In this document: in pieces, positions 9,923-20,295 of the stretch
Position numbering within the stretch: the stretch's first letter is position 1
How the letters are laid out: each line of letters opens with the position of its first letter
Made by a program: the position numbers and the translations under genes
Notes under the pieces: model-generated
The model's input: the letters and a program-made list of their open reading frames with translations, nothing else
Databases searched by the model: none
Told to the model about the DNA's origin: nothing
Source of the DNA: an uncultured Gallionella sp.
GTDB taxonomy: Bacteria > Pseudomonadota > Gammaproteobacteria > Burkholderiales > Gallionellaceae
Length of the DNA: 64,000 nucleotides
Direction of reading: 5' to 3'
Assembly: GCA_964410705.1 (NCBI GenBank)
Contig: CAYPIG010000001.1
Coordinates: 25,362-89,361 of the forward strand

Positions 9923-10666
9923 ATGGACAAGCTGATATACACCGCGATGACCGGGGCGTCACATGTGCTGCAGCAGCAGGCTTCGGTGTCTGAGAATCTG
10001 GCCAATACCAGCACGCCCGGTTTTCGCTCGACGCTCAACACTTTTCGTGCCGTACCGCTGGTCGGGGAGGGTTTGCCTACCCGCACCTTTGTGGTGGATT
10101 CGACCGCTGGATTTGATTTAACCCCGGCGGCCTTTCAGCCGACCGGTCGCTCGCTCGACGTGGCTGTCAACGGAACGGGGTGGCTGGCCGTTCAGGGGCC
10201 GGACGGCAAGGATGCCTATACCCGTAACGGCAGCTTTCAGATCAGTTCAAGCGGCGTGCTGCAAACGCGCAGCGGTTTGAATGTGCTGGGAGAGTCGGGC
10301 CCGATTACGATTCCTCCGGGCACGCAGATCACTTTTGCCAAGGACGGAACGATTTCTACGGTTCCGGAAGGATCGCAGGTAACTTCGGTGGTGGTGGTGG
10401 GTAAGTTGAAACTGGTCAATCCGCCCCCGGCGCAACTGGAACGCAGCGGGGATGGCATGTTCCGCATGAAGGACGGTTCGACCGCTCCCTCGGATGCCAA
10501 GGTTGAGGTGGCACCCGGTACCCTGGAAGGCAGCAATGTTAGCGCGGTTGAAATGATGGTGAACATGATATCGCTGGCCAGAAAATTCGACATGCAGATG
10601 AAGATGCTGCAAACGGCGGACAATGATGCCAAACAGGCCAGTTCGATTATGAATATTGCAGGGTAG
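9923..10666 (+). CDS. flgF: Flagellar rod protein FlgF
   Basis: ENLANTSTPGFR, TGRSLDVA, AYTRNGSF, LEGSNVSAV. Confidence 0.96.
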   Translation: MDKLIYTAMTGASHVLQQQASVSENLANTSTPGFRSTLNTFRAVPLVGEGLPTRTFVVDSTAGFDLTPAAFQPTGRSLDVAVNGTGWLAVQGPDGKDAYTRNGSFQISSSGVLQTRSGLNVLGESGPITIPPGTQITFAKDGTISTVPEGSQVTSVVVVGKLKLVNPPPAQLERSGDGMFRMKDGSTAPSDAKVEVAPGTLEGSNVSAVEMMVNMISLARKFDMQMKMLQTADNDAKQASSIMNIAG

Positions 10667-10741
10667 GAACTGGCTGGTAGCCGGTAGCGGATTCAGAAGC
10701 AACCAGCTACACGCTGACTGACAATGATTAAGGAGTAAAAA

Positions 10742-11524
10742 ATGATACGTTCTTTGTGGATTTCCAAAACAGGTCTGGATGCGCAGCAAACCCAGATGGA
10801 TACCATCGCCAACAATCTGGCCAATGTCAGCACCAACGGATTCAAGCGCTCCCGTGCGGTGTTTGAAGACTTGCTCTATCAGACCATACGCCAGCCGGGT
10901 GCGCAATCCTCGCAGCAAACCCAGATTCCTTCCGGTCTGCAGATCGGTACCGGCGTGCGTCCGGTGGCGGCTGAACGTGTGCATACTCAGGGCAACTTGC
11001 AGCTGACCGGCAACCAGCTGGATGTGGCGATCAACGGCAGCGGATTTTTTCAGGTGCTGATGCCGGACGGATCGACCGCCTATACCCGTGATGGCTCTTT
11101 TCAGCGCGATGCGCAAGGTCAGCTGGTTACCGCCAGCGGTTTTCCGATACAGCCGGCGATTACCCTGCCTGCCAATGCCGTGACGGTAACCATAGCTCGG
11201 GATGGGGTCGTTTCGGTTACTCAGCCGAATGTGGCCGCACCCGTTCAGGTCGGCGCGCTGCAACTGACGACCTTCATCAATCCGGCCGGCCTGATGAGTC
11301 AGGGTGAGAACCTGTTTCAGGAAACCGCATCTTCAGGAACGCCCAGCACCAATGTGCCGGGAACCAACGGCAGCGGCATACTGAACCAGAGCTACGTGGA
11401 AACCTCCAATGTCAACGTGGTCGAAGAGATGGTGAACATGATACAGACGCAGCGCGCCTATGAAATCAACTCCAAATCCATCACCACTTCGGATCAGATG
11501 TTGCAAAAATTATCGCAGATGTAA
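10742..11524 (+). CDS. flgG: Flagellar distal rod protein FlgG
   Basis: [35 protein letters not shown]. Confidence 0.97.
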   Translation: MIRSLWISKTGLDAQQTQMDTIANNLANVSTNGFKRSRAVFEDLLYQTIRQPGAQSSQQTQIPSGLQIGTGVRPVAAERVHTQGNLQLTGNQLDVAINGSGFFQVLMPDGSTAYTRDGSFQRDAQGQLVTASGFPIQPAITLPANAVTVTIARDGVVSVTQPNVAAPVQVGALQLTTFINPAGLMSQGENLFQETASSGTPSTNVPGTNGSGILNQSYVETSNVNVVEEMVNMIQTQRAYEINSKSITTSDQMLQKLSQM

Positions 11525-11526
11525 TC

Positions 11527-12210
11527 ATGAAGTTCATTAGTCTATTGCTGTCGGGTTTGCTGCTGGCAGCTTGCAGCGCAAATACGCCGCCTACCCGCAT
11601 CCAGCAGCCGATGACGGCCAGACCGGTCTCTCAGGTGGTGGTGGCGCCTGCGGATGGAGCAATTTACCATGCGGGTATCAATGAGCGTCCGTTGTTTGAG
11701 GACAGGCGCGCGCGCAATGTGGGCGATATACTGACCATCAACATCGTAGAGAGCACCTCAGGAACTCGCAAAGCCAGCGATGGATCGTCCAGTGCGAATT
11801 CGATTACCGCCGCAACGCCTACTGCGACGGTGGGCCCGCTTGCCAAGCTGCTCCTGAAGGCCTTCAACGTTTCCAGCAGCAGCAGCAACAAGACCAGTAC
11901 CACCGGTTCGGGAGCGGCGAGCGAAACTTTGACCGGTACGATAGCGGTGACGGTGATAGAAGTGCTGGCGAACGGCAATCTGTTGGTGAGCGGAGAAAAA
12001 CAGGTGGCCTTGAATTCCAGCGATGAATTCATCCGTTTTTCCGGCGTAGTCAATCCGATACAGATTTCCAACTTGAATGTGGTGCAGTCGAATCAGGTTG
12101 CTGATGCGCATATCGAATATAAAAATGCCGGCGCGATGAATTCGTTCATGAACGATACACAGTCGATGGGATTTTTGGGGCGGTTCTTCATGTCGGTGCT
12201 GCCGTTCTAG
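11527..12210 (+). CDS. flgH: Flagellar L-ring lipoprotein FlgH
   Basis: Lipobox LAAC, LFEDRRARNVGDILT, NGNLLVSGEKQV. Confidence 0.96.
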   Translation: MKFISLLLSGLLLAACSANTPPTRIQQPMTARPVSQVVVAPADGAIYHAGINERPLFEDRRARNVGDILTINIVESTSGTRKASDGSSSANSITAATPTATVGPLAKLLLKAFNVSSSSSNKTSTTGSGAASETLTGTIAVTVIEVLANGNLLVSGEKQVALNSSDEFIRFSGVVNPIQISNLNVVQSNQVADAHIEYKNAGAMNSFMNDTQSMGFLGRFFMSVLPF

Positions 12211-12268
12211 GAACGGAATGCAGGGATGCGCTGAGGCGCTATTCCCAGAATCCTGAATGGGTTAAATT

Positions 12269-13357
12269 ATGAAAAAAATGATTGCAGTGCTGATGTTGCT
12301 GTTGCCGCTTGCGGCCTATGCCGATCGCATCAAGGATGTGGCGAGCATACAGGGCGTGCGTAACAACCAGTTGTCAGGTTACGGACTGGTGTTCGGTCTG
12401 GACGGCACGGGCGATCAGACCACGCAAACGCCCTTCACGGTGCAAAGCATCATCACCATGCTCTCGCAGATGGGGGTGAATGTGCCGCAGGGCACCAGTT
12501 TGCAGCTCAAAAATGTCGCGGCCGTGATGGTGACGGCAACCTTGCCTCCTTTTTCAAAACCCGGTCAGACTATCGATGTGACGGCTTCCTCCATCGGTAA
12601 CGCCAAGAGCTTGCGCGGCGGAACTTTGCTGATGACGCCCCTGAAAGGTGCGGACGGGCAGGTGTATGCGATGGCCCAGGGCAATGTGCTGGTCAGCGGG
12701 GTGGGCGCTTCGTCCGGAGGGGCTTCGGTGCAGGTCAATCACCTGAATGTAGGTCGAGTACCTGGCGGGGCGACTGTGGAGCGCGCGGTACCGACGGTGC
12801 TGGGGCAGGGCGAGTACATTCATCTTGAGTTGCGCAGCGATGATTTTACCACCGCCTTACGCGTGGTCGATGCGATCAATTCCCAGATTGCGCCGGATAT
12901 TGCGGTAGCACAGAACAGCCGCGAGATCGAAGTGAGAGCGCCCGAGGGAAACAAGCTGGTGTCCTTCATTTCTCGCATCGAGAATCTGGAAATCAATCAG
13001 GCGCAAGGAATGGCGAAAGTCATCATCAATGCGCGTACCGGTTCGGTGGTGATGAATCAGGCGGTGACGCTGGATGCCTGTGCGGTGGCTCACGGCAATC
13101 TGACGGTGGTGATCAATACCGACGAGAGTGTGAGTCAGCCCAATGCGCGCTCAGCAGGCAGAACAGTCACCACCGAAAAAACCACGATAGATGTCAAAGC
13201 GGACAAGGGCGGGCTGGTGGAATTGCCGCGCGGCGTGTCGCTCAGCGAGGTAGTCAAGGCGCTCAATTCGATAGGCGCGACCCCTCAGGATCTGCTGGCG
13301 ATATTGCAAGCGATGAAATCATCCGGCGCATTGCACGCCGAACTGGAGGTGATCTAA
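12269..13357 (+). CDS. flgI: Flagellar P-ring protein FlgI
   Basis: RIKDVASIQGVRNNQLSGYGLVFGLDGTGD, GTLLMTPL. Confidence 0.97.
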   Translation: MKKMIAVLMLLLPLAAYADRIKDVASIQGVRNNQLSGYGLVFGLDGTGDQTTQTPFTVQSIITMLSQMGVNVPQGTSLQLKNVAAVMVTATLPPFSKPGQTIDVTASSIGNAKSLRGGTLLMTPLKGADGQVYAMAQGNVLVSGVGASSGGASVQVNHLNVGRVPGGATVERAVPTVLGQGEYIHLELRSDDFTTALRVVDAINSQIAPDIAVAQNSREIEVRAPEGNKLVSFISRIENLEINQAQGMAKVIINARTGSVVMNQAVTLDACAVAHGNLTVVINTDESVSQPNARSAGRTVTTEKTTIDVKADKGGLVELPRGVSLSEVVKALNSIGATPQDLLAILQAMKSSGALHAELEVI

Positions 13358-14209
13358 ATGGTGTTTTCAACCAACGCATCGTCAAATCTGGCGATCGATA
13401 CCCAGTCTCTGGCGCAATTGCGCGCTCAGGCCAAGAGTTCGCCTGATCAGGCACTCAAAGTGGCGGCTCAGCAGTTTGAAGCCGTGTTTATGAACATGAT
13501 GTTAAAAAGCATGCGCGAAGCCACGCCGCAGGATGGCATGATGGACAGCGATCAGACTCGCATGTTCACCAGCATGCTGGACAGTCAGTTGTCGCAGAAT
13601 ATGTCGGGCAAAGGTATAGGCTTAGCCGATATGCTGGTCAAACAGCTGAGCCGCAACAACGCACAATCGCCCGTTATGGGCGCTCAAAATCCAGTGCTCA
13701 ATATCGAGTCGCGGGTGTCGAATCCGGCCGCCGTGCCGTCCGCATACAACGCCACCACTCAGCAGGACTTCGTCAATAAAATGCTGCCCTCCGCCTTAAA
13801 GGCAAGTCAGGCGTCCGGCGTGCCGCCCCAGTTGATATTGGGTCAAGCCGCACTGGAGAGCGGCTGGGGCAAGCGTGAAATTTTGATGGCTGACGGAAGC
13901 CGCAGTTTTAATCTGTTTGGCATCAAGGCCAATGCAGCCTGGACTGGCAAGGTGGCTGAAGTGCTCACCACCGAATACAAGAACGGGGTGGCGACTAAAC
14001 AGGTCGAAAGATTTCGCGCTTATTCCTCGTACACCGAAGCCTTCAACGACTACGCCGCTATGTTGAGCAGCAACCCGCGTTATGCGACGGTGATGCAGCA
14101 AACCGACAACTCCGGTATGGCGCAGGCATTGCAAAAATCGGGATATGCCACAGATCCTAAATATGCCGAAAAACTGGTGAGCGTCATCAAACAGATGAAT
14201 CTGGGATAA
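13358..14209 (+). CDS. flgJ: Flagellar rod cap/peptidoglycan hydrolase FlgJ
   Basis: Rod-binding FEAVFMNMMLKSMR and GH73-like AALESGWG, NLFGIKA, GYATDPKYA. Confidence 0.96.
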   Translation: MVFSTNASSNLAIDTQSLAQLRAQAKSSPDQALKVAAQQFEAVFMNMMLKSMREATPQDGMMDSDQTRMFTSMLDSQLSQNMSGKGIGLADMLVKQLSRNNAQSPVMGAQNPVLNIESRVSNPAAVPSAYNATTQQDFVNKMLPSALKASQASGVPPQLILGQAALESGWGKREILMADGSRSFNLFGIKANAAWTGKVAEVLTTEYKNGVATKQVERFRAYSSYTEAFNDYAAMLSSNPRYATVMQQTDNSGMAQALQKSGYATDPKYAEKLVSVIKQMNLG

Positions 14210-14215
14210 TCGCGC

Positions 14216-14242
14216 TAAAGAAATTGCAGATGATGCCGATAA
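14216..14242 (+). promoter_or_regulatory. sigma28 (FliA) promoter upstream of flgK
   Basis: TAAA-N15-GCCGATAA, an exact match to the consensus, 39 nt before the flgK ATG. Confidence 0.9.
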
Positions 14243-14281
14243 TCTGATCGTAGGGGTCTGAAGTCAGATAAGGGGAACATC

Positions 14282-17050
14282 ATGGGAAGCAATATATACA
14301 GTGCGTCGCTCAGCGGCATGAATGCGGCGCAGTTCGGGATGACTACGACGCAGCACAATATAGCCAATGCCGCTACTCCCGGATATACCCGTCAGTCGTT
14401 GATGGTCAGTTCGCTTCCCGCGCAGGCTGCCGGTGTGGGTTTTGTCGGGCAGGGGGTCAGCGTTGCGGGGGTGGTCAGGAGTTACGATCAGTTTCTGACC
14501 GGGCAGGTGCGTCAGGTTCAGACTCAGGCCAGCTATCTGTCGACTTATCTGGCGTCCATGACGCAGGTCGATAATCTGGTATCTAATACTACCTCCGGCG
14601 TCTCAAGTTCGGTGCAAAACCTGTTCAATGCGATGAACGGGCTGGCTAACAGCCCGGAATCGATCCCTGCCCGTCAGACCGTGCTGGGCACCGCACAGGC
14701 GACGATCAACAGCTTTCAGACCATGGATCAGAGCCTGAGCGATATCGCCAATAATCTGACCGGGCAGATTAGCGGCTCAGTGCAGACGGTCAACACTTAC
14801 GCGACTCAGATTGCTGCGTTGAATGTTTCCATCAAGGGCGCCATTGCAGCCTCGCAGGGGCAGCAGCCCAATGATTTGCAAGATCAGCGCGACCAGTTGG
14901 TAAATTTGCTCAATAAAGAGATCAAGGTCTCGGTTCAGCAGCAGTCAGACGGCTCTATGAGTGTGTTTGTCGGCAACGGTCAGGCTCTGGTAGTGGGCGA
15001 TCAGGCGATGGCGCTGCAGGTGGTCCAGAACCCCGCTGATCCATCCAAGGTGGATGTCGCATACCGGAACTGGGCTGGCAATTTAGTCACCTTGCAGCAA
15101 AACAGTCTGCAGGGCGGTAATCTGGGCGCCTACCTGAACTTCAGGGATACCAATCTTGAACCTGCCAGGAATGCGCTGGGCCGTGTGGCGCTGGGGATGG
15201 CAGCCAATCTCAATTTGCAGAACCAGTTAGGCCAGGATCTCAACGGCGCACCGGGAGGCGCGCTATTTGCCGCGGCCGCGCCCCGCATCAGCATCGGTGC
15301 CAATAACACCGGCACGGCGACGATGACCGGCACGATTTCCAATGTTTCGGCCCTGACCACCAGTGACTATACCCTCAAGTACGACGGTGCCAACTATACG
15401 GTGACGCGTATGGCCGATAACGTCGTGACGAGCCTGGGACCTACGCTGCCAGGATCCGGGGTGGACGGTTTTTCCGTCACGCTGAGTGCGGGCACCATAC
15501 AGCCCGGTGATATTTTCCTGATCCGGCCGACTGCGAATGCCGCGCGAGACCTTTCGTTGCTGACCACGGATCCTGCCAAGATCGCAACGGCATTGCCGTT
15601 CAAGAGTGTAGGCGCGATCAAGGCGACCAATGCGGCCAATATCACCACGGTGGCATCGGGTGCGATCACTTCGTCCGCGGTTACCGTTGCGGGCACCACC
15701 GCTACTACTGCCGCCTTTACCGTGGATGGCAAGACGCTTTTGAACAGCACGGTCGCGGCGGGCGCAGCTGGCCCTCTGACCACCGCTGCGGGCCTTGATG
15801 CGGCGTGGCCGGCTTTTGCTGCGGCTAATCCCGGATATACCCTGACTGGGACCTTCGCGCTGGGCACCGCGCAGATTACCAAGTCCGGCGGCGCGGCGAT
15901 CATACTGGCTGAGACGATCACTCCGGGAGCCGGTGCGACTACGACGCCTCTGGCGGCCGCAGGTGCGGGCTTTATGGGTACTACACCCGGTAGTCTGGTC
16001 AGCAAGGTGGCAGGCGTTACCGTGGCAACACCCGCCAATGCGAATCTGACCAATCCGGTTGCCATTACCTTTACCAGTCCGACTACTTACACCGTGACAG
16101 GAGCCGTTCCCGCCGTGGCGGGCGTGCAGACATACACGGCTCCGAACATCAGTTACAACGGCTGGACCATGCAGCTCAGTGCGGCACCAGCCGCGGGAGA
16201 TGTTTTTAACGTTGCACCCAACAGCGGAACGGCCAAGGTCAGTACCGGAGCGTACAATCTCAATGCGGTGAGTCTCAATTTCACCAGCCCGACGGCCTAT
16301 AACGTGGTGGAGATGAGAGGAAATCCGCCCGCTCCGGTGATGCTGGGGACGGGCCTGATTCCTCCCGCAGTGGGCGGCAGCAGCACGGTGAGTTACAACG
16401 GCTGGACCGCACAGATCACCGGAACCCCGGCTGCAGGGGATGTGTTCAATGTCAGCAAGAGCAGCAATGCGGGAACGATGCTGGTAGCTCCGAGCGTTAA
16501 AAATACCGGTCTGGGTGCCATCAGCGGCGGCGCTTTTGCGGTCGCGCCTTTTGCGATCACCTTCAACAATCCACCGACTTCGTATACTGTCTCGGGTGCG
16601 ACCCCCGCAGTGGCGGGCTCCATCCCTTACGTTGCGGGTCAGGACATCAGCTACAACGGCTGGACGATGCAGGTGACGGGCAAGCCGGGTGCGGGCGATG
16701 TCTTCAATGTCGGCGCCAATACCACTGCGAGCGGAGACAATCGAAATGCCTTGCTGATGGCTGCACAGCAGAGCCAGAATACTCTGGCCAACGGGACGAC
16801 TAGTTTTGAAGGCGCTTTTGCCCAGTTGGTGGGATCGATAGGCGCAAAAGCGCAGGAGCTGACGATCACCAGCAAGGCTCAGGATGCGATGCTGGTGCAG
16901 ACGACGGCAGCACAACAGTCGGTAGCAGGCGTAAATCTGGACGAAGAGGCGGCGAATCTATTGCGCTACCAGAGAGCTTATCAGGCGGCGGCAAAGGCGA
17001 TGCAGATCGCCAATACCATGTTCGACTCTTTGTTGTCATTAGGAAGGTAG
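14282..17050 (+). CDS. flgK: Hook-associated protein 1 FlgK, unusually long (922 aa)
   Basis: HNIANAATPGYTRQ, LQDQRDQL, GVNLDEEAANLLRYQRAYQAAAK. Confidence 0.96.
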   Translation: MGSNIYSASLSGMNAAQFGMTTTQHNIANAATPGYTRQSLMVSSLPAQAAGVGFVGQGVSVAGVVRSYDQFLTGQVRQVQTQASYLSTYLASMTQVDNLVSNTTSGVSSSVQNLFNAMNGLANSPESIPARQTVLGTAQATINSFQTMDQSLSDIANNLTGQISGSVQTVNTYATQIAALNVSIKGAIAASQGQQPNDLQDQRDQLVNLLNKEIKVSVQQQSDGSMSVFVGNGQALVVGDQAMALQVVQNPADPSKVDVAYRNWAGNLVTLQQNSLQGGNLGAYLNFRDTNLEPARNALGRVALGMAANLNLQNQLGQDLNGAPGGALFAAAAPRISIGANNTGTATMTGTISNVSALTTSDYTLKYDGANYTVTRMADNVVTSLGPTLPGSGVDGFSVTLSAGTIQPGDIFLIRPTANAARDLSLLTTDPAKIATALPFKSVGAIKATNAANITTVASGAITSSAVTVAGTTATTAAFTVDGKTLLNSTVAAGAAGPLTTAAGLDAAWPAFAAANPGYTLTGTFALGTAQITKSGGAAIILAETITPGAGATTTPLAAAGAGFMGTTPGSLVSKVAGVTVATPANANLTNPVAITFTSPTTYTVTGAVPAVAGVQTYTAPNISYNGWTMQLSAAPAAGDVFNVAPNSGTAKVSTGAYNLNAVSLNFTSPTAYNVVEMRGNPPAPVMLGTGLIPPAVGGSSTVSYNGWTAQITGTPAAGDVFNVSKSSNAGTMLVAPSVKNTGLGAISGGAFAVAPFAITFNNPPTSYTVSGATPAVAGSIPYVAGQDISYNGWTMQVTGKPGAGDVFNVGANTTASGDNRNALLMAAQQSQNTLANGTTSFEGAFAQLVGSIGAKAQELTITSKAQDAMLVQTTAAQQSVAGVNLDEEAANLLRYQRAYQAAAKAMQIANTMFDSLLSLGR

Positions 17051-17057
17051 GTGTGTG

Positions 17058-18254
17058 ATGCGTATCAGTTCCAGTACCATATTTGACAGCAACGTGGCAG
17101 CTTTAGGGCAACAGCAGGCGCGGCTGGTGCAAACCCAGCAGCAGATTGCCAGCGGCAAGCGTTTGCAGACCGCAGGGGTCGATCCGGTTGCGGCAACTCA
17201 GGCGCTGATCACCTCGCAGGCCGATGCGATGCAGACTCAGCAGGCTGCCAACCGGATTTCTGCGCGTGATCCGATATCGCTTGCCGAGAGCACACTGATG
17301 AGTGTGACGACGCTGTTGCAGGATGCCAAGACGGCGACGGTATATGCCGGTAACGGCACGCTCAATGCAAGCGACAGGGCTACGATAGCGACCGAACTGA
17401 ACGGCAGGCTGCAGGAGTTGATCGGTCTGGCGAACAGCACGGATGCCTCCGGTAAATACATGTTTTCCGGATTCCAATCCACGACGCCGCCTTTTGTTGC
17501 GACCCCTGCCGGAGTGAGCTATTTCGGCGATGACGGGCAACGTGCCATGCAGGTGAGTGCTGGGCGGCAGATTCCGACCAGCGACAGCGGTGCGGATGTG
17601 TTTATGCGCATCAAGAATGGCAATGGCACTTTTGTTGCGCAGGCCACCGCAACGAACACCGGCGCCGGGGTGATCAGTGCCGGTTCGGTTGTCAGTCCCG
17701 CCCAACTGACCGGCAACAATTACAGTATCAGTTTTTCAGGTGCTGGAGCGGGTACGACTTACACGGTGACCAATACCACAACGGGATTGCCGGTCGGAGG
17801 CGCGCAGCCCTATGTCAGCGGTCAGGCAATTGCCTTTGACGGCATGCAGATGCGCATCGACGGTGCCCCTGCAGCCGGTGACAGTTTTACGGTGACGCCC
17901 AGCACCAATGTCAGCGTGTTCAAGACCCTGTCGGATCTGATTACGACCCTGCAAAGTCCGGTTGTGGGCAGCAATCTGAGCAACGGCCTGAATGTGGGCA
18001 TGCAAAACCTAGACAATGCGCTGAGCAACGTGCTCAATACCCGGGCGACTCTGGGCTTGAGGCTCAATGAAATCGATGCATTGCAGGTGACCGGTGAAAA
18101 CATGAGTCTGCAGCTGAAACAGACTCTGTCCAATTTACAGGATACCAATGTCACTCAGGCGATCAGCGATCTGACCCAGCAACAGACGACCTTGCAGGCG
18201 GCGCAAAAGACCTTCACCCAGGTCGCCAACTTGTCTATGTTCAGCTATATGTAA
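17058..18254 (+). CDS. flgL: Hook-associated protein 3 FlgL
   Basis: MRISSSTIF, QQIASGKR, GKYMFSG, ATLGLRLNEID. Alternative GTG start at 17055. Confidence 0.95.
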   Translation: MRISSSTIFDSNVAALGQQQARLVQTQQQIASGKRLQTAGVDPVAATQALITSQADAMQTQQAANRISARDPISLAESTLMSVTTLLQDAKTATVYAGNGTLNASDRATIATELNGRLQELIGLANSTDASGKYMFSGFQSTTPPFVATPAGVSYFGDDGQRAMQVSAGRQIPTSDSGADVFMRIKNGNGTFVAQATATNTGAGVISAGSVVSPAQLTGNNYSISFSGAGAGTTYTVTNTTTGLPVGGAQPYVSGQAIAFDGMQMRIDGAPAAGDSFTVTPSTNVSVFKTLSDLITTLQSPVVGSNLSNGLNVGMQNLDNALSNVLNTRATLGLRLNEIDALQVTGENMSLQLKQTLSNLQDTNVTQAISDLTQQQTTLQAAQKTFTQVANLSMFSYM

Positions 18255-18255
18255 T

Positions 18256-18293
18256 TACAGCGGTCGCAACATGTGCTGCGACCGCTGTATTTT
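18256..18293 (+). terminator. Intrinsic terminator after flgL
   Basis: 13-bp stem TACAGCGGTCGCA/TGCGACCGCTGTA, 8-nt loop, followed by TTTT. Confidence 0.85.
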
Positions 18294-18325
18294 GGGTTAA
18301 ACTTCGCTCTTTGATTGCAGCCTGA

Positions 18326-19069
18326 GTGAACATGATCCGAGAAGAACCCGCATTTAAAATCAAAACCGGCAGCGTGTCCGTGCTGCAGTTGCATGTGCTC
18401 TCCAACGACCTGAACCAGTTGAAGCAGGAGCTTGATCAGCGGCTCGCTCAGAGTCCTGATTTTTTCTACAGCACGCCTATCGTTCTGGAACTCTCGGCAA
18501 TCGCCGATTCCGGCCTCAGCCTTAACTTCACCGACCTTGCGCTGTTCATGCGCGAGCGGGGCATGTGTGTCGCCGGGGTGGTGGGCGGCTCAGAGGTTCA
18601 GCGAGATGAGGCCATACAGGCGGGATTCGGAATTTTTTCCGAATCGCTGCAAAAGCATCAAAAGGAGGAAATACGCGAACAACTGCAAGTGCAACCCGAG
18701 TTGTTCGAGGCGGAGCCAGCCCCTGTAATCGAACGCCACACTCTGGTGATAGACAAACCCGTCAGAACCGGTCAGCGCATATACGCTGAAGGCGCGAATC
18801 TGGTGGTGCTGGCCATCGTCAATGCGGGTGCAGAACTGATTGCGGACGGAGACATCCATGTGTACGCGCCGATGCGTGGCAAGGCCATTGCGGGTGCAAG
18901 GGGTAATGAAAAATCTCATATTTTTGTCAACAGCATGGAAGCGGAATTGCTGTCGATAGCAGGCTGTTTCAAGGTGTTTGAAGAAGGGATACCGGAGGAG
19001 GTGCGCGGAAAACCCGCCAGAGTGCATCTGGATGGCTCTCGTCTGGTGATAGAACCGCTCAATTACTGA
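18326..19069 (+). CDS. minC: Septum site-determining protein MinC
   Basis: PVRTGQRIYA, VNAGAELIADGDIHVYAPMRGKAIAG. Start is GTG18326 or ATG18332. Confidence 0.95.
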   Translation: MNMIREEPAFKIKTGSVSVLQLHVLSNDLNQLKQELDQRLAQSPDFFYSTPIVLELSAIADSGLSLNFTDLALFMRERGMCVAGVVGGSEVQRDEAIQAGFGIFSESLQKHQKEEIREQLQVQPELFEAEPAPVIERHTLVIDKPVRTGQRIYAEGANLVVLAIVNAGAELIADGDIHVYAPMRGKAIAGARGNEKSHIFVNSMEAELLSIAGCFKVFEEGIPEEVRGKPARVHLDGSRLVIEPLNY

Positions 19070-19138
19070 CGGTAAATTTTAGATATTGGCGCTTTACGGT
19101 TAAAATGCGCTACTCATACAACTGCTCAGGAATTAATC

Positions 19139-19948
19139 GTGGCTAAAGTTATTGTTGTTACTTCAGGAAAAGGCGGCGTAGGAAAGACGACGACCAGTGC
19201 CAGTTTTTCGAGCGGCCTGGCATTGCGGGGCAATCGCACCGTGGTAATCGATTTCGATGTGGGTTTGAGGAATCTCGATCTGATCATGGGCTGCGAGCGG
19301 CGCGTCGTTTACGACATCATCAATGTCATCAATGGCGAGGTCTCTCTCAAGCAGGCCCTGATCAAAGACAAAAACTGCGACAACCTCTATATCCTTCCCG
19401 CATCCCAGACGCGCGACAAGGATGCGCTCAATCTGGAAGGCGTGGAACGCATCTTGGAAGAGCTCAAGCAGACTTTCGATTTTATCGTCTGCGACTCCCC
19501 GGCCGGTATCGAGTCGGGTGCTTTTACCGCCATGTACTTTGCCGATGAGGCGCTGATTGTCACCAACCCTGAAGTCTCTTCGGTGCGCGATTCGGATCGT
19601 ATTTTGGGCATACTCTCTGCCAAATCCAAGCGCGCCGTCGAGGGTCGCGAGCCGGTCAGGGAACATTTGCTGGTCACTCGCTATGATCCAAAAAGGGTCA
19701 ATACGGGCGCGATGTTGTCGGTTGTCGACATACAGGAAATATTGCGCATCCCGCTCTTGGGGGTGATTCCCGAGTCTGAGTCGGTGCTGCAGGCATCCAA
19801 TTCGGGAACCCCTGCGATACATCTGGAGAAGAGCGATGTGGCCGATGCCTACCGTGACGTGGTAGGGCGCTTCATGGGCGAAGAACTGCCCATGCGTTTT
19901 TTGACTGAGAAGGCTGGGTTCTTCAAACGACTGCTGGGAGGCCACTAA
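19139..19948 (+). CDS. minD: Septum site-determining ATPase MinD
   Basis: [32 protein letters not shown]-terminal GFFKRLLG amphipathic helix. Confidence 0.98.
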   Translation: MAKVIVVTSGKGGVGKTTTSASFSSGLALRGNRTVVIDFDVGLRNLDLIMGCERRVVYDIINVINGEVSLKQALIKDKNCDNLYILPASQTRDKDALNLEGVERILEELKQTFDFIVCDSPAGIESGAFTAMYFADEALIVTNPEVSSVRDSDRILGILSAKSKRAVEGREPVREHLLVTRYDPKRVNTGAMLSVVDIQEILRIPLLGVIPESESVLQASNSGTPAIHLEKSDVADAYRDVVGRFMGEELPMRFLTEKAGFFKRLLGGH

Positions 19949-19949
19949 A

Positions 19950-20231
19950 ATGTCCATGATCGCCGGTTTGATTGATTATCTGCGCGGAAACGAGAAAAAA
20001 TCCGCCGTCGTTGCCAAGGAGAGGTTGCAGATCATCCTGGCGCATGAGCGAGCAGGACGCGGTACCGCGACCCCCGATTATCTGCCTGCTCTGCAGGAAG
20101 AGTTGATGGCGGTGATCGCGAAGTATATCCACGTTGACCGGGAATCATTCAAGGTTCAGCTGGAAAAGCACGATCAGTACGATGTACTCGAATTGAATAT
20201 CACTTTGCCGGACAAGATGACCGGCAGATGA
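19950..20231 (+). CDS. minE: Cell division topological specificity factor MinE
   Basis: [25 protein letters not shown]. Confidence 0.97.
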   Translation: MSMIAGLIDYLRGNEKKSAVVAKERLQIILAHERAGRGTATPDYLPALQEELMAVIAKYIHVDRESFKVQLEKHDQYDVLELNITLPDKMTGR

Positions 20232-20295
20232 AAGCGGCCCGCAACGGCCAGAGGATGTTTTCATCAGGCTGTCGTTGCGAGCTCAATCCAGTTTT

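Noticed and set aside
15263-16915. 550-aa minus-strand ORF and other long antisense ORFs over flgK, flgE, fliC, fliD and fliL
   Set aside because: Shadow frames of GC-rich, biased-codon flagellar genes with no motifs.
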